Shown: one piece after another, positions 39,153 through 52,368 of the stretch
Numbering within the stretch: the first letter of the stretch is position 1
Layout: each line of letters begins with the position of its first letter
Source of the DNA: Octopus sinensis
Lineage: Eukaryota
Direction: 5' to 3'
Assembly: GCF_006345805.1 (NCBI RefSeq)
Contig: NC_042998.1
Location: 170,314,001 to 170,378,000 of the forward strand
Length of the DNA: 64,000 nucleotides
Program-made: the position numbers and the translations under genes
The notes under the pieces: generated by a model
The model's input: the letters and a program-made list of their open reading frames with translations, nothing else
What the model was told of the DNA's origin: nothing
Databases searched by the model: none

Positions 39153-39555
39153 TATGTATATTTGTATGTATTATGTATATATATATATTATATATATATG
39201 TATGATATAATTATGTACTTATATAGATAGATAGATAGATAGATAGATATAGATATATAGATATATAGATATGTATATTTGTATGTATTATGTATATATA
39301 TGCATATATATAAATATATATGTGTGTATGTGTGTGTGTGTATATACATATATATACACACACATATATATGTATGTATATGTATGTATATGTACATACA
39401 TGCCTGATATATGTGTATGTATCCATATATAGATATATTATGCATAGGTGTTTATATATATATATAATATATATATTATATATATATATATACGTATGTA
39501 CGTGTGTGTATATATATATATATATATACATGCATACATACATATATATATCTAC

Positions 39556-39589
<34 letters not shown>

Positions 39590-39635
39590 ATATATATAGA
39601 TAGATAGATAATAGATAGATAGATAGATAGGTAGG

Positions 39636-39707
<72 letters not shown>

Positions 39708-40099
39708 AACATGGATAGATAGATACATACACATATACATATATAATCACATTTTAACAAAATTTACAGTAATGATACAATAAACAATTTTAAAATTCCT
39801 ATCAATTTTTTCTTTTTTTTTACTTTTGAGTGTTTTTCTTTCCTGTTTGCAATAGTCTATATTGTATTATAATTCTATGCAATTTCCTGCATATTTTTAT
39901 AATAGTTTGGGCTACAAGTGTTCCTGAAAGATGGTGATTTGCACAAATATTCTGATGATGTTAGAAAAAAAAATGATGTTATTTATAATTTTTCATAGTT
40001 CTTCGGTATATGTGTGTATTTGAGAACTTATCTTTATGTGTGTCTGTGCGTGTGTGTGTTTGTCAGTGTGTGTGTATATATATATGTATATACATATAT

Positions 40100-40168
<69 letters not shown>

Positions 40169-40584
40169 TGTGTGTGTGTGTGTGTGTGGTGTGTGTGTGT
40201 GTGTGTGTATTGTTGAGATACACTATGAATCGCTTAAGAGTCCTCACAGTTATCAGCAGGTCCTTCGTTATTGGTTTTGATGTCAGGTACAGCATTTCGA
40301 CGTCTCCACCAAACTCCGAGATTTTTGCTCTGGTTTTTAAGCTGTTGAACCCAGCGATGTGTTTCAGTATCATCTTCTCCCTGACAGAGAAAAGAAAAAA
40401 GTCAAATCTTAACATCACATATCATAACATCATCATCAACGTTTAACGTCCGTTCTCCATGCTAGCATGGGTTGGATGGTTCGACCGGGGATATGTATAT
40501 ATGTGTACTTTATATATATATATATATATATATATACTTTTATATACACACACACACATAGATATGTATACTTTATATATATAT

Positions 40585-40992
40585 TTCTCTTTCTTTTTTT
40601 TCTTGTTTCAGTCATTTGACTGTGGCCATGCTGGAGCACTACCTTTAGTTGAGAAAATCGACCCCAGGACTTATTCTTTGTAAGCCTAGTACTTATTCTA
40701 TTGGTCTCTTTTGCTGAACCACTAAGTTACGGGGACGTAAACACACCAGCATTGGTTGTCAAGTGATGTTGGGGTGACAAACACAGACACACAAACACAC
40801 ACAGACACATATATATATATATATACATATACATATCTACGACGGGCTTCTTTCAGTTTCCACCTACCAAATCCACTCACAAGGCTTTGGTTGGCCTGAG
40901 GTTATAGTAGAAGACACTTGCCCAAGGTGCCACACAGTGGGACTGAATCCAGAACCATGTGGTTGGCAAGCAAGCTACTTACCACACAGCCA
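40585..40992 (-). mobile_element. Full-length tRNA-derived SINE with internal (TA)(TG) microsatellite
   Basis: Minus: 'tggctgtgtggtaag' A box, 'ggattcagtccc' B-box-like, internal microsatellite, 3' body shared with 913-1140. Confidence 0.88.
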
Positions 40993-41435
40993 TTTATATA
41001 TATTCTTTTATATATATACACACGCACACACACTCACACACACACATATATATATATATAAATGATATGTGTGTGTGTGTGTGGGTCTCTATATGCTTTG
41101 TGTTTGTCCACTACCACCACTTGACAACTGGTGTTGGTGTGTTTACATCCCTGTAACTTAGCAGTTATTCAAGAGACTAATACAATAAGTACCAGGTTTA
41201 GCAAAAATTAAGTACTAGGGTTGAATAATTTGGCTAAAGAATCTTCAAGGCAGTGCTCAAGCATTGTTGCAGTCTAGTGACTGAAACAAGTAAACGATAA
41301 AAGATTCTTTGAAACTGACTATGGTTTAGTTTGTAGCTTTGAGATTTTGATGTGATTGTTTACTTTTAGAATCACATTGTAGAGTAGGTGTGAGAAACTG
41401 GACCTGGCCAGTCTGAAATATAAAACAGAAATTTT

Positions 41436-41437
<2 letters not shown>

Positions 41438-41490
<53 letters not shown>

Positions 41491-42375
41491 AATTATTGTA
41501 TACAGTGCTCAGGTGCACCACAACTTCTCAAAAGTGCATATAAAGTATATGCAGTAATGTACAAATGTTTGGAAAGCGAACAGTATGTGAGTCAGATACA
41601 TGCTTGCATGTGTATGGAGGGGAGAAAATCAGGTGTAGTGTTGGCAAATCTCAGGAAGCATGGAAGTTTTGAAGGATGCAGTGCTCCGACAACTAACAAC
41701 TGATGCCAGCAGTTTGTTCCATGCTTCAACAACTCTTAGTGTGAAAAAATGTTTCCGAAAGTCATGGGAGCTGTGCTGTTTTCTGACTTTGTAAACATGT
41801 CCATGGGTGTTAGACATATGGAGTTTGAAAAGGTACTCAGAGTTATTGTTTGTAAAATGGTTAATAATTTTATGGGTATCTGCCAAGTCAGCTGCCAGAC
41901 GTCAGAGTTTCAATGTGTCCATGCCCAGGGAAGTAAGGCGTTCAGAATATAGCAAATGCCTCTTGGTTGCATGTCACTGAACGGCTTCCAGACAATTAAT
42001 ATCCTGGGCAAGATAGGGGCTCCAGACCGGTGATGCAAATTCCAGGTGAGGTCGTACCATAGCTATATAAAACCACAGATAGATAGCCGGAGAGCGGCTC
42101 ACAAAGGACTTGGTGAGTGATGCCATCTTGGCAATTTTAGCGATGTGTTTCGTCAAATGTAAATCACTATCGACAATAACACCCAGGTCACGTTCACAAG
42201 AAGACTTTTTGAGATTAGTGTTGTGGAGGGAGTAAGTAGACACTGGGTTTTTCTTCCCAAAATGTATGGTGGTACATTTGTCCACAGCCAGCTTGAGTTG
42301 CCAGTCCATGATCCACTGCTGCATTGTGTTCAGGTCTGATTGCAATAGAGATCTATAGTGTACATGATTGTACAC
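41438..42375 (-). mobile_element. CR1/L2-type LINE 3' end with (ATT)n tail
   Basis: 'LQSDLNTMQQWIMDWQLKLAVDKC...ERDLGVIVDSDL...VRPHLEFASPVWSPY' and 'RKHFFTLRVVEAWNKL', typical CR1 RT C-terminus; (AAT)n tract at 41438-41488. Confidence 0.88.
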
Positions 42376-42778
42376 TATAGATTGTGCTTGGTTTGAATGC
42401 TAAAGTGTAAACATATAGAATAAAGATAAATATATAGAGTAAAGATAAATATGTAGAATAATGATAAATATATAGAGTAAAGATATAAAATAAGGACAAA
42501 ATATATAGAACAAAGATAAAAAGTAAAAAATACCGTGGGCATTGCTGCGTACAGGTGTAGACATAAGTGTGTGGTTAAGAGGCTCACTTTACAGCTACGT
42601 GGTTTTGAGTTGGGTCTTATTGTGTGGCACCTTAGGCAGGTATCTTTAACTATAATCCTGGGCTAGGTAATGCTATGTGAATGACTTTGGTTGATGGAAA
42701 CTATATATCTAATTGGAAAATGTGTGTGTGTGTGTGTGTGAGTGTGTGTCTGTGTGTGTGTGTATTTGCGATTATATT

Positions 42779-42965
42779 TTGTAGTGTACCTGAGCTTGTA
42801 GTACATCTGAGCTTGTAGTGCATCTGGATTTGTAGGGAACCTGAGTTTGTAGTGCACATGAATTTGTAGTGTGCCTGAATTTGTAATGCACCTGAGCTTG
42901 TAATGTACCTGAGTTTGTAGTCCACCTGAATTTGTAGTGCACCTGAGTTTGTAGTGCACTTGAGC
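42779..42965. repeat. 17-bp minisatellite x11 (consensus ttgtagtgcacctgagY)
   Basis: Eleven consecutive 17-mers counted directly (187 bp). Confidence 0.92.
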
Positions 42966-43189
42966 ACTCTTTTACCCTTTTACTCTTTTACTTGTTTCAG
43001 TCATTTGACTGTGGCCATGCTGGAGCACCACCTTTAGTCGAGCAAATCGACCCCAGGACTTATTCTTTGTAAGCCTAGTACTTATTCTATCGGTCTCTTT
43101 TGCCGAACCGCTAAGTTACAGTGATGTAAACACACCAGCATCGGTTGACAAGCAATTTTGGGGGGACAAACACAGACACACAAACATAT

Positions 43190-43220
<31 letters not shown>

Positions 43221-43378
43221 CACACGACAGGCTTCTTTCAGTTTCTGTTTACCAAATTCACTCACAAGGCTTTGGTTGGCCCAAGGCTGTAGTAGAAGAC
43301 ACTTGCCCAAAGTGCCATGCAGTGGGACTGAACCCAGAAACATGTGGTTGGTAAACAAGCTACTTACCACACAGCCAC
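42966..43378 (-). mobile_element. Full-length tRNA-derived SINE (same family as 40585-40992)
   Basis: Head 'gtggctgtgtggtaag..gggttcagtccc', internal microsatellite, CTCTTTTA tail. Confidence 0.9.
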
Positions 43379-43735
43379 TCCTACACCTATGCGTAGGAGT
43401 GGCTGTGCCTCCCAGCATATGTTCATTATTATTTATGTGCCTCCCCCCTTTCATTTGACAACTGATATTGGTTTATTTATGTTCTCTTAACAAAGCAGTT
43501 CAACAAAATAGACTGATAGAATAAGTACTAGACTTCAAAATAAGTATTGGGTTCAATTTTTGAGAGTAAACCCCTTAAGGTGGTGTTATAGCATGGCCAC
43601 AGATCTATGACCAAAACAAGTAAGAGATAAAATAAAATAGTTTTTATACAAAATAACAGAACATCACTTAAATTATAAAATTTACACAAAAGTAAAAGCA
43701 AATATAAATAATATATTTAAATATAAATATAAAGA

Positions 43736-43999
43736 CAGTAATCCCTCAATTATCGCAGGTGTTAAATTCCAAAACCTCCCACAGAAGCAATTAAATTCTA
43801 AAAAAATATAAATACCTATCGACCACAGAAACATGTGATATAGTGAGGAGTCCTGATATAAATTTCCATATATTTACCAAAAAATCCGCGATGTACTGAG
43901 TGTGCAATAGGTGAATCATGATGTACTGAGTGTGTGATAGATGGACCGCGGTATACTGAATGCGCGATAGGTGAACCGCAATATGGCATGGGATTATTG
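43736..43999. mobile_element. Tigger/pogo-like MITE with internal ~32-bp repeats
   Basis: Termini CAGTAATCCC / GGGATTATTG|TA; three internal copies of 'gatgtactgagtgtgc(a/g)ataggtgaa'. Confidence 0.65.
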
Positions 44000-44309
44000 T
44001 AATATACTTTCAACCATTGCATTAGAGAACTTCTGATTTATAAATGTGCTTTGTATAAATATTTATGTAAAAATATGAGATTACCTTAAAGAGATATGAT
44101 TCTTTATTCCAGTCTTGAACTTCGAAGACTTCTTCATACACTGGATCCACAGTGATGACACATTTGTCCAAATAAAGAGGATCCTTTGGGTTAATTAGAA
44201 ATAAAAATAAAATGACATTTAAACAACGTGAAGAGAAGAGTCAAATTCAATGAAGAAGGAAAATGAAATAGATTTCTTAAATAGTCAAATAAAATCTAGT
44301 TAACTTATA

Positions 44310-44347
<38 letters not shown>

Positions 44348-45673
44348 CTTCTTGAACCCTATTTATTTGATGACTGTGAATCTTTTGAATTTTTGTTGCT
44401 GCCCCTATAAACCAATGATATAGCTAGAGTATGTTCTCTCTGGAGTAGACCTAGAGTTTGCCATCCAAAAGCTAACATAGACTGTACAGGCTTATACAGA
44501 AGACCTAAAAATACCACCCCATAAAAGCATTGCTCCGGATGAACTGCACCTACCCACTTCCCTGCCATTACGCCACTGCAACAAGTTAGTACAAGCTTAG
44601 TTGTGTCATTAAGAAATTTGTTTCACAATCAGCTACTTCCAGCTTCAATTCCAATGTGTGACACCTTATGCAAAAGTCTTCTACTTAAGATTGACTCAGG
44701 CTTTGTGAGGGAAATTAGGTGCAGGGAAAATGTACAGAAACCTATAACTCCTTTTCTGTTATCAGTTTTAGTTGCTTAACTCTAGCCATTAAGCAGACTA
44801 AGTTTTATGACGTTTTGGAGCTTATCTCAATTTGCCTGGTGTGATTAAGTGATTGAATTAACATTCTTCTCTCCATATAGAATTCCCTGTCAGTTTCAGA
44901 TTGTTGGAAGTGAAGAAAACACAGAGTCAAGCAACACAGAATTGAATAAGAACAAGAGTAAAATAAAACAAGGCTGGCTCATAGGCCCAAAGAAATTATG
45001 CCCCTTTTCGTCCATGAGATGTTACACCACCACAATGACGCCAATGCCAATGCCAATTCCACCAATGCTGACAATAACACCACATTTCTCTGTTATGGCC
45101 ATTTATATCCTTTCAGTAAGCATCCATAGTGCATTTGGATGCGAACAGCCACAATGACAAAATATGCATAGGGAACAAATGGCATAAACTAGATTATATA
45201 TTTATCATACTTTTTCCTACATACCACAACCAGCAATACAGCTGAGTACAATATTCCTGTCAATTACCATTATTCTAGAAGAAGACCAGATGATGGTATT
45301 CTACATGGAGGTCTAAATTCACCATTAGTAGATGTATGCCTAACTGTTCACACAGAAAATACAACACATGTATGATGTACTAGCATAGCAAGAGCGTGTG
45401 TCAGCCCGGGTGGCCCTTCCACTTGCTCCATCCCAGACCCCACAAAAAACATATATTGCCTACAGCAGACCCAAAAGTGCCGCTCCTTTAAAAGTGCCTC
45501 CTGGAGCGGACAGCCCCTACCACCCAGCTACGCTAGTGTATGTATGTAGTATATTACTCCATCTTTGGTTTGAGTACTACTTTTTCTCCCTTGTTTTGCA
45601 CTTATGTGCTTACTTGTGTGTGTGTGTGTGTGTACCTATATATATTTATGTATGTTTATACACACACATTAAT

Positions 45674-45704
<31 letters not shown>

Positions 45705-45958
45705 CTCAGTTAAACAAATGGACAGATGGACAGGTAGGTATATATGTATATAAATATATATATGTGTGTGTGAGTGTGTGTTTATTCAGGTGATGGAACA
45801 TAGAAATTCTTTCCTAGAATCCTAAGAAGGAAACATGATCAGGCAACTAAGGACCATCATATGAATAAAAAAATATATCAGCTCATTGTACATGTTATTT
45901 GTGCTTTAAGTTTGGATTTTTACCAGTTCTTTAAGTGTTTACATGCACACATGCATGT

Positions 45959-46029
<71 letters not shown>

Positions 46030-46933
46030 CGTGTGTGTGTGTATGCATGATAATGTCTATGTGAAGCACTCAAAATCCATATGGTAGATAATTACTACTT
46101 ATTACATAAAGTTGTCAATTATAAACACAGAACAATGCAGACTATACAAAATTACATTGAGTAATTAGCCTTCAAATTACTCTGTGAAATGTAATTCTTA
46201 TTTATTCACATTGTTTTGAACTAATTATGCATCTGTTAAAGTGTTAATAGATAATGGAATACAGAATAAGTACCTGCTTCATTCGACTCAACTAAGTCAT
46301 ATGAGAATATACAATAAAATATGTGTATATCCTAATGACTTTGTTCCTTTCTTCCCATTCCTCTTTTTCTCATTCTAATTATAAGGGACAGAAGATTGGC
46401 TTGTATTGAAGCATGCATGGGAGGGGTGATGTAGCATAAATGGGTCTATAGCCAATAAATCCATAATGGTTACTAAAATATTATTACAAAAGTATTAGTA
46501 TAAATTTTCTTTATATTTGATCTATTCTATCATCATCATCATTATCGTTTAACATCTACTCTTCCATAGTTACATGAGTCAGATGGAATTTGTTGAGGCA
46601 GGGTTGGTTGGTTGTTTTTTTTTTACAGCCAGATGCCCTTCTTGTCACCAGCCCTCACCTGTTTTCCAAGCAAAGTAATATTTCCTCATGGCTGGATATT
46701 TTTCCAAGGAAGATTGGAAATGATGGACATATAATGGATGGTAAGGTTTACGATATCAAGAGAATATTGCCTTCCTCCATTATCTCCTTTTGTTCTTTGT
46801 GTAGTTCAGGCTCCAGCAGGTGAAGAGAGAAAACTTCAAGTGCAAAATGCAATTTACGACTGGTTTATTTACAGGTTTCACAGGATAGGTGAAGTCTGCT
46901 ACTCTCAGCAACCATTTTTAGCTGTGTGCGTTG

Positions 46934-47214
46934 TGTAGTAGCTCCATTAGTGCGGGGACATTGTCTCTGGAGGTACAACATACAGACAGGCCCAGCCAAT
47001 GGAGCACGATCAGCAAGTACTGCTGCTAAGAGGCAGCAAGAAAAAAGACTGAATCTGTTTGTTTTTGCCCTTATATACAGTTTGCCATCGCGAACCTCAT
47101 TGTGATCTTGTGCATGGCAAATGGATGCAAGTGAGGTCTCGCTCCAGTCTCAGAGATGGCAATGGCTGCTGTGAGATCTCATCCAATATGGTACTGACTG
47201 CTTGTGCTGCTACA
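46934..47214 (-). mobile_element. Solo LTR of the same Gypsy family as 11860-12166
   Basis: Reverse complement 'tgtagcagcacaagcagtcagtaccat..gagatctc..ttgccatgcacaagatcacaatgagg..tatataagg..ctccagag..ctaca' aligns with the 11860 LTR; termini TGTAG..CTACA; no clear TSD. Confidence 0.85.
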
Positions 47215-47224
47215 GATACCTCTG

Positions 47225-47630
47225 TCTGGTGGGATTGCAAAGGAGTAATTCATTTTGAATTGTTACCACCTAATGCAACAATCAATGCTCAAGTCTACTG
47301 TCAGCAATTAGAGCATTTGAACCAAGCTTTGAAGAAAAAAGACCCGCTTTAGTGAATCAAAAAGGAGTAATGTTTCATCAGGACAATGCATGACCCCACA
47401 CAGCAAAGATCACATCACAGAAGACCGAAGAGCTTGGTTGGGAAAAAATTCCCTCATCTACCTTATTCTCCTGACCTTGCTCCTTCAGACTACCATTTGT
47501 TTCATAGTTTACAGAATCATTTGGGGGACATAACTTTCACAAACAGTTGAAACTAACATTTCTGAGTTCTTCACTTTGAAACCAAAAGAGTTTCACATTG
47601 ATGGGATTAAAAAGCTTGTAAATAAATGTA
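47225..47630 (+). pseudogene. Mariner (Mos1-like) transposase C-terminal fragment
   Basis: 'VWWDCKGVIHFELLPPNATINAQVYCQQL', 'FHQDNA*PH', 'PYSPDLAPSDYHLF' motifs. Confidence 0.92.
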
Positions 47631-49132
47631 TGTTGTTAAATCGTTGGTGTAACCATCATGTTCTTGTGATGTGATGAGCTAACTTTCTTTATTTGCATTA
47701 ATTTGTGAATAAATCAGGGAATCATACTTAAATAAAAACACAGATAATGATATAAATTATATAACCAACAAAGGATAAAGATAATGATCAGTACCTAATA
47801 ATCAATAAATTTAAAATTGAAAGCAAAAAACGAACAAAAAAAATACAAAATAGAAGATAATGAAAATGCAATAAATTTTCACGATTAAGTCTAAAGTCTA
47901 AATTGAAAAATAAAATGTCAGATGATAAACACAGTGTGGAAGTATCAGAATAAAATAGCTAAAAAGCTGAGAACATAATGATAATTTCCAGTGATAAATT
48001 CACAATCACTTGTATGATAGACCAAAGGAAACAATTTGGGCCGACATACGTTTTTCTAAGTCCAATACACTTTGTGACCTTCAGATAAAAACTGTGCCAA
48101 GGAGACATATAGAAACAGACACTAATATCAACACACACACATATATACATTTACAAGTGGAAACATGTCCGGTTTCTCAGCACACAAAATATATGTACAC
48201 TATAAAAGACTATTTATGTTAAGTCATGTATAGCTTTGTTTATGTAACCAGTCCAGTACTTTAATAATATAAACAAACATGAAAAGTTGCTATAAACAGG
48301 TAATTCAGCCATAGGTATGGTAACTAGGCATATTGTATTTCGTTTTTGGATTTGGTTTGCAAGATTCTTTATATGAGTTCGTGTGTTGAAACATATTCTG
48401 TTGTGTCTGGGGAGAGTCATTTTCTTTTTGTGCCTTATAATGCAACACACTCACTGGTAAAATTTCCACTTATTTCATATTTTTATCTTCCTAAAATTTT
48501 CGTTGCGTCTTGCAACCTTTTCAGAAAATGACTCTCCCTAGGCATATTGTGTTTTCTGCAATATAACATGCAAGATGATATAATGAAAGTAGTGCATAGT
48601 CTTTGAAGATGAAACAAGCAGAAGGAATTTTAAATTACTGCATATAATTAATGTGTGTTACTCAACACTACAAGTTAAGGTTGGTGCCTTTTATGGAGTA
48701 TGACATAAGACTGTTACACGAGAAAAATGAAAAAGGCAGGGAGATCAACTCACTGAGATAAGTGACATAGATTTCTCGAGATAGCTGAGTGGCTCTCTGG
48801 TCTGGGATTGAATTTGCCTGCTTTTTACAACTGTAAGCTATCTTTCTAGAACCTTTTGCAGGAAAGCTTGCACACTTCATTTGAAGTTTGCCATGTTGAC
48901 CACAGTAAGTCAGCCAGTACCAGCTGGTCAAGCTACATTCCCATAGAGATGTTAATACATTTTATGGTAACCCATTTCCTTTTATGGAGACACATTAGGT
49001 CATGGTTCTGAACTGGGAAAATCTAAGAGCCATGGTTCAAAACAATAATTATAACAATATAAAATATGGAGACTTATTCACCCTCAAAATTTGTTTCCGT
49101 CTATTTTACAAGTTCATACAGCATATTTTTGA

Positions 49133-50794
49133 GCCATGTACAGGGACGCTGTTAGTAAGGTGAGGGTTGACAACGAGTACAGTGAAGAGTTCCGGGTAGA
49201 GGTAGGGGTCTACCAAGGTTCAGTCCTCAGCCCCTTCCTATTTATCATAGTCCTCCAAGCAATAACGGAGGAATTCAAGACAGGTTGCCCCTGGGAGCTC
49301 CTCTATGCTGATGACCTTGCCCTAATTGCTGAGTCACTATCAGAATTGGAGGAGAGGTTTCAGGTGTGGAAGCAAGGATTAGAATCGAAGGGCCTAGGAG
49401 TCAACCTAGCTAAAACCAAAGTTCTAATAAGTAGGAAGGTAGACAAATCACAAACACCCTCAGGTAGATGGCCCTGCTTGATCTGTAGAAAAGGCGTAGG
49501 TAGAAACTCTATAAGATGCACCAAGTGTAGCTATGAACACATAAGAGGTGCAGCAATGTCAAAGGAAGGCTAACTAGAAAAATAGTTTTTGTATGTGGCA
49601 GATGCTTAGGAGTAATAAACACTGAAAATACGCAGAGACCATCTTCCGCCACATTCCAGGGAGAAAAACTAGAAATAGTTGATAGCTTCCGTTACCTAGG
49701 TGACCAAGTCAGCAGCGGGTGCGGGTGCGCTGAAAGTGTAACTGCTAGAGTAAGAATAGTCTGGGCAAAGTTCAGAGAGCTCTTACCTCTGCTGGTGACA
49801 AAATGCCTCTCGCTCAGAGTAAAAGGCAGATTGTATGACGCATGTGTACGAACAGCTATGCTACATGGCAGTGAAACATGGGCTGTAACTGCTGAGGATA
49901 TGCGTAAGCTTGCAAGAAATGAAGTTAGTATGCTCCGATGGATGTGTAATGTCAGTGTTCATACTCGACAGAGTGTAAGTACCTTGAGAGAAAAGTTGGA
50001 CCTAAGAAGCATCAGTTGTGGTGTGCAAGAGAGACGTTTGCGCTGGTATGGTCATGTGGCGAGAATGGATGAAGATAGTTGTGTGAAAAAGTACCACACC
50101 CTAGCGGTTGAGGGAACCTGTGGAAGAGGTAGACCCAGGAAAACCTGGGACGAGGTGGTGAAGCACGACCTTCAAACTTTAGGTTTCACCGAGGAAATGA
50201 CTAGAGACCGAGACCTATGGAAGTATGCTGTGCATGAGAAGACCCGGCAGGACAAGTGAGGCCATAATCCCGTGGCCTACACCTGGGATGTAGCCAGCTC
50301 ACTTATGCATTTCTTTCCTTCTTGGGACACAAAACTCCACTTGTGAAGACCTGTTGAGGCAAGTGAAAATCAAAATCGTAATCTATCAACATCAATGGAA
50401 TTTGTAGCTGTGATACCAGTGCCGGTGGCACATAAGAGAACCATCCGAATGTGGCCATAGCCATCGCCACCTGATTGGCCTCCGTGCCGGTGGCACATAA
50501 AAAGCACCATCCGACTGTGGCTATTGCCAGCTTCGTCTGGTCCCCATGCCAGTGGCACATAAAAAGCACCATCCGACCATGGCCGTCTGCCAGCCTCGTC
50601 TGCCACCTGTGCTGGTGGCACGTAAAAAGCACCCACTACACTCATGGAGTGGTTGGCGTTAGGAAGGGCATCCAGCTGTAGAAACACTGCCAGATCAGAC
50701 TGGGCCTGGTGCAGCCTTCTGGCTTCCCAAACCCCAGTTGAACCGTCCAACCCATGCCAGCATGGAAAGCAGACGTTAAATGATGATGATGATT
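49133..50794 (+). mobile_element. 5'-truncated RTE-clade LINE with 3' UTR and (GAT)n tail
   Basis: RT 'GVYQGSVLSPFLFIIV...ELLYADDLAL..VNLAKTK', 'FRYLG', 'RRLRWYGHVARM..GRGRPRKTW'; tail 'gacgttaaatgatgatgatgat'. Confidence 0.93.
50419..50635 (+). repeat. ~63-bp tandem repeat x4 in the RTE 3' UTR
   Basis: Units begin gtgccggtggcac(a/g)taa(a/g)a at 50419, 50484, 50546 and 50609. Confidence 0.88.
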
Positions 50795-51257
50795 ACAACC
50801 TACATGTGTTTCCATGGCACAGAGTATGGGCAGGTGCACCTGCAACCAGGCATAACTTTCTATGCAACTTCATTCAGGGTCTGTCTACCAGCTAGTTTTG
50901 AAATGAACTAAATATAGTTTGTTGGTTAGGATTCAGGGGAAGTGAGGGGATGCCGTTTTGAATGTTAAATCTAATCTGAAAGAACGAATGTCAGTTAACT
51001 TGCAAATTTGCAGAGGTAAGATGCAATCCTTATTTCACTTAGTTTTTTCCAATCATGCCTGTGAAAATATAGTGTTAATTTTTGTGGCTTCAAAATATTT
51101 GACTCCTATTTTTAGCAAAGCTTGTGTTTTTAATAAAAGCACCCTTGTTATATATGATTCTTTTATTATATCTATTAATTTTGCTTGTATGGTTTTAGTT
51201 TGAAGCCACTAACATTAACATATCTCATGAGTATTAATATTCTTTATATATATATAT

Positions 51258-51415
51258 GATAGACTTCTTTCAGTTTCCATCTAGCAAATCCACTCACAAG
51301 GCTTTGGTCAGCCTAAGGCTATAATAGAAGACACTTGCCCAAGGTGCCACGCAGTAGGACTGAACCCAGAACCATATGGTTGGGAAGCAAGCTTCTTACC
51401 ACACAGCCACCCCTG
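51258..51415 (-). mobile_element. SINE head fragment (family of 40585-40992)
   Basis: 'aaatccactcacaaggctttgg..acacttgcccaaggtgccac..ggactgaaccc..cttaccacacagccac'. Confidence 0.8.
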
Positions 51416-52149
51416 CACCATATATACTATTAAAAGTGGAGTTCAATCTTGCTTGTTTGCTTGCAATGTTACCCAGCCAAACTGACGCGTAATGGGGAAA
51501 AAACTTTGAAAGTAAAGTGCTCCTGAAATGTGAATATGAATGGAATAAAACAAGTTTCATGTAAATTGGACTAGTAGTTATTAAGATATTCAGGGTTTGG
51601 GGGTATAAATACCCAAAACGGTGCATAATGGGGAAAATACTCCAAAAATAACTTCACCCTGAAAGGGAAGAAACTCCAACCTTTTCATTATGATAGGCTA
51701 AATATTTTTAAAGTGAAAATTACTTTAAAAATACAGTAAATAGTCCATAAAAGATCCGTTCATAACCTTGGTGTGAAATAGTTTTTTCCATAGGTTTCTT
51801 TTGAGTGCATTCAACGTATCTCACCTTCAAAGATTTGGCTGCTGTTTCTAGCACGCCCTGCCACCATGTAATAGCTATTTATGATAAAGGACAGGAAACA
51901 CCTGTTACGTGGTTGCAGGGCAGGCCAGAAATAGCAGCCAAATCTTTCCTTTTCTCGAGAAAGGAGCCATTTATGCATGATTTCGATGTCACATTTGTTC
52001 AAAGCATGTGAAATAACATGGAAACGTTTTTAAAAATCCATGAAACAAAACTCTGTTGCTGGGAAACTCAGACTTCCCTGGTGACCCAACAGGTCACGGG
52101 TAGTATATATGTGTGTGCATGTGTGTGTATGTGTGTGCATGCATGTGTG

Positions 52150-52368
52150 TATAAAATACAGTGTACATTTAAACACATTAAGAAGTTTCCATCATAGGAC
52201 TCCCTTTCGCTAGAAGGAACAGCTACTGTCCAAATTACTAATTAGGGATAAATTCCCTTCGAGAATTTATCCCTAATTAGTGGTTTAGACTTTAGCTGTT
52301 CCTTCTAGCGTAAAGGGGTCCTATGATGAAAACCTCTTAATGTGTTTAAATGTACACTGTGTTTTATA
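52150..52368. mobile_element. Near-perfect 219-bp palindrome (fold-back MITE)
   Basis: Arms pair along almost their full length around a 7-nt loop (ccttcga); CAGTG/CACTG near the ends. Confidence 0.85.

Noticed and set aside
40930-40992. tRNA genes at A/B-box motifs (also ~15450, ~16300, ~43330)
   Set aside because: No cloverleaf; the boxes are heads of multi-copy SINEs.
48850-48904. 55-nt plus-strand exon-like segment (ctttctag / GTAAGT)
   Set aside because: Good splice sites but too short, with no recognisable peptide and no linked exon; expected by chance.
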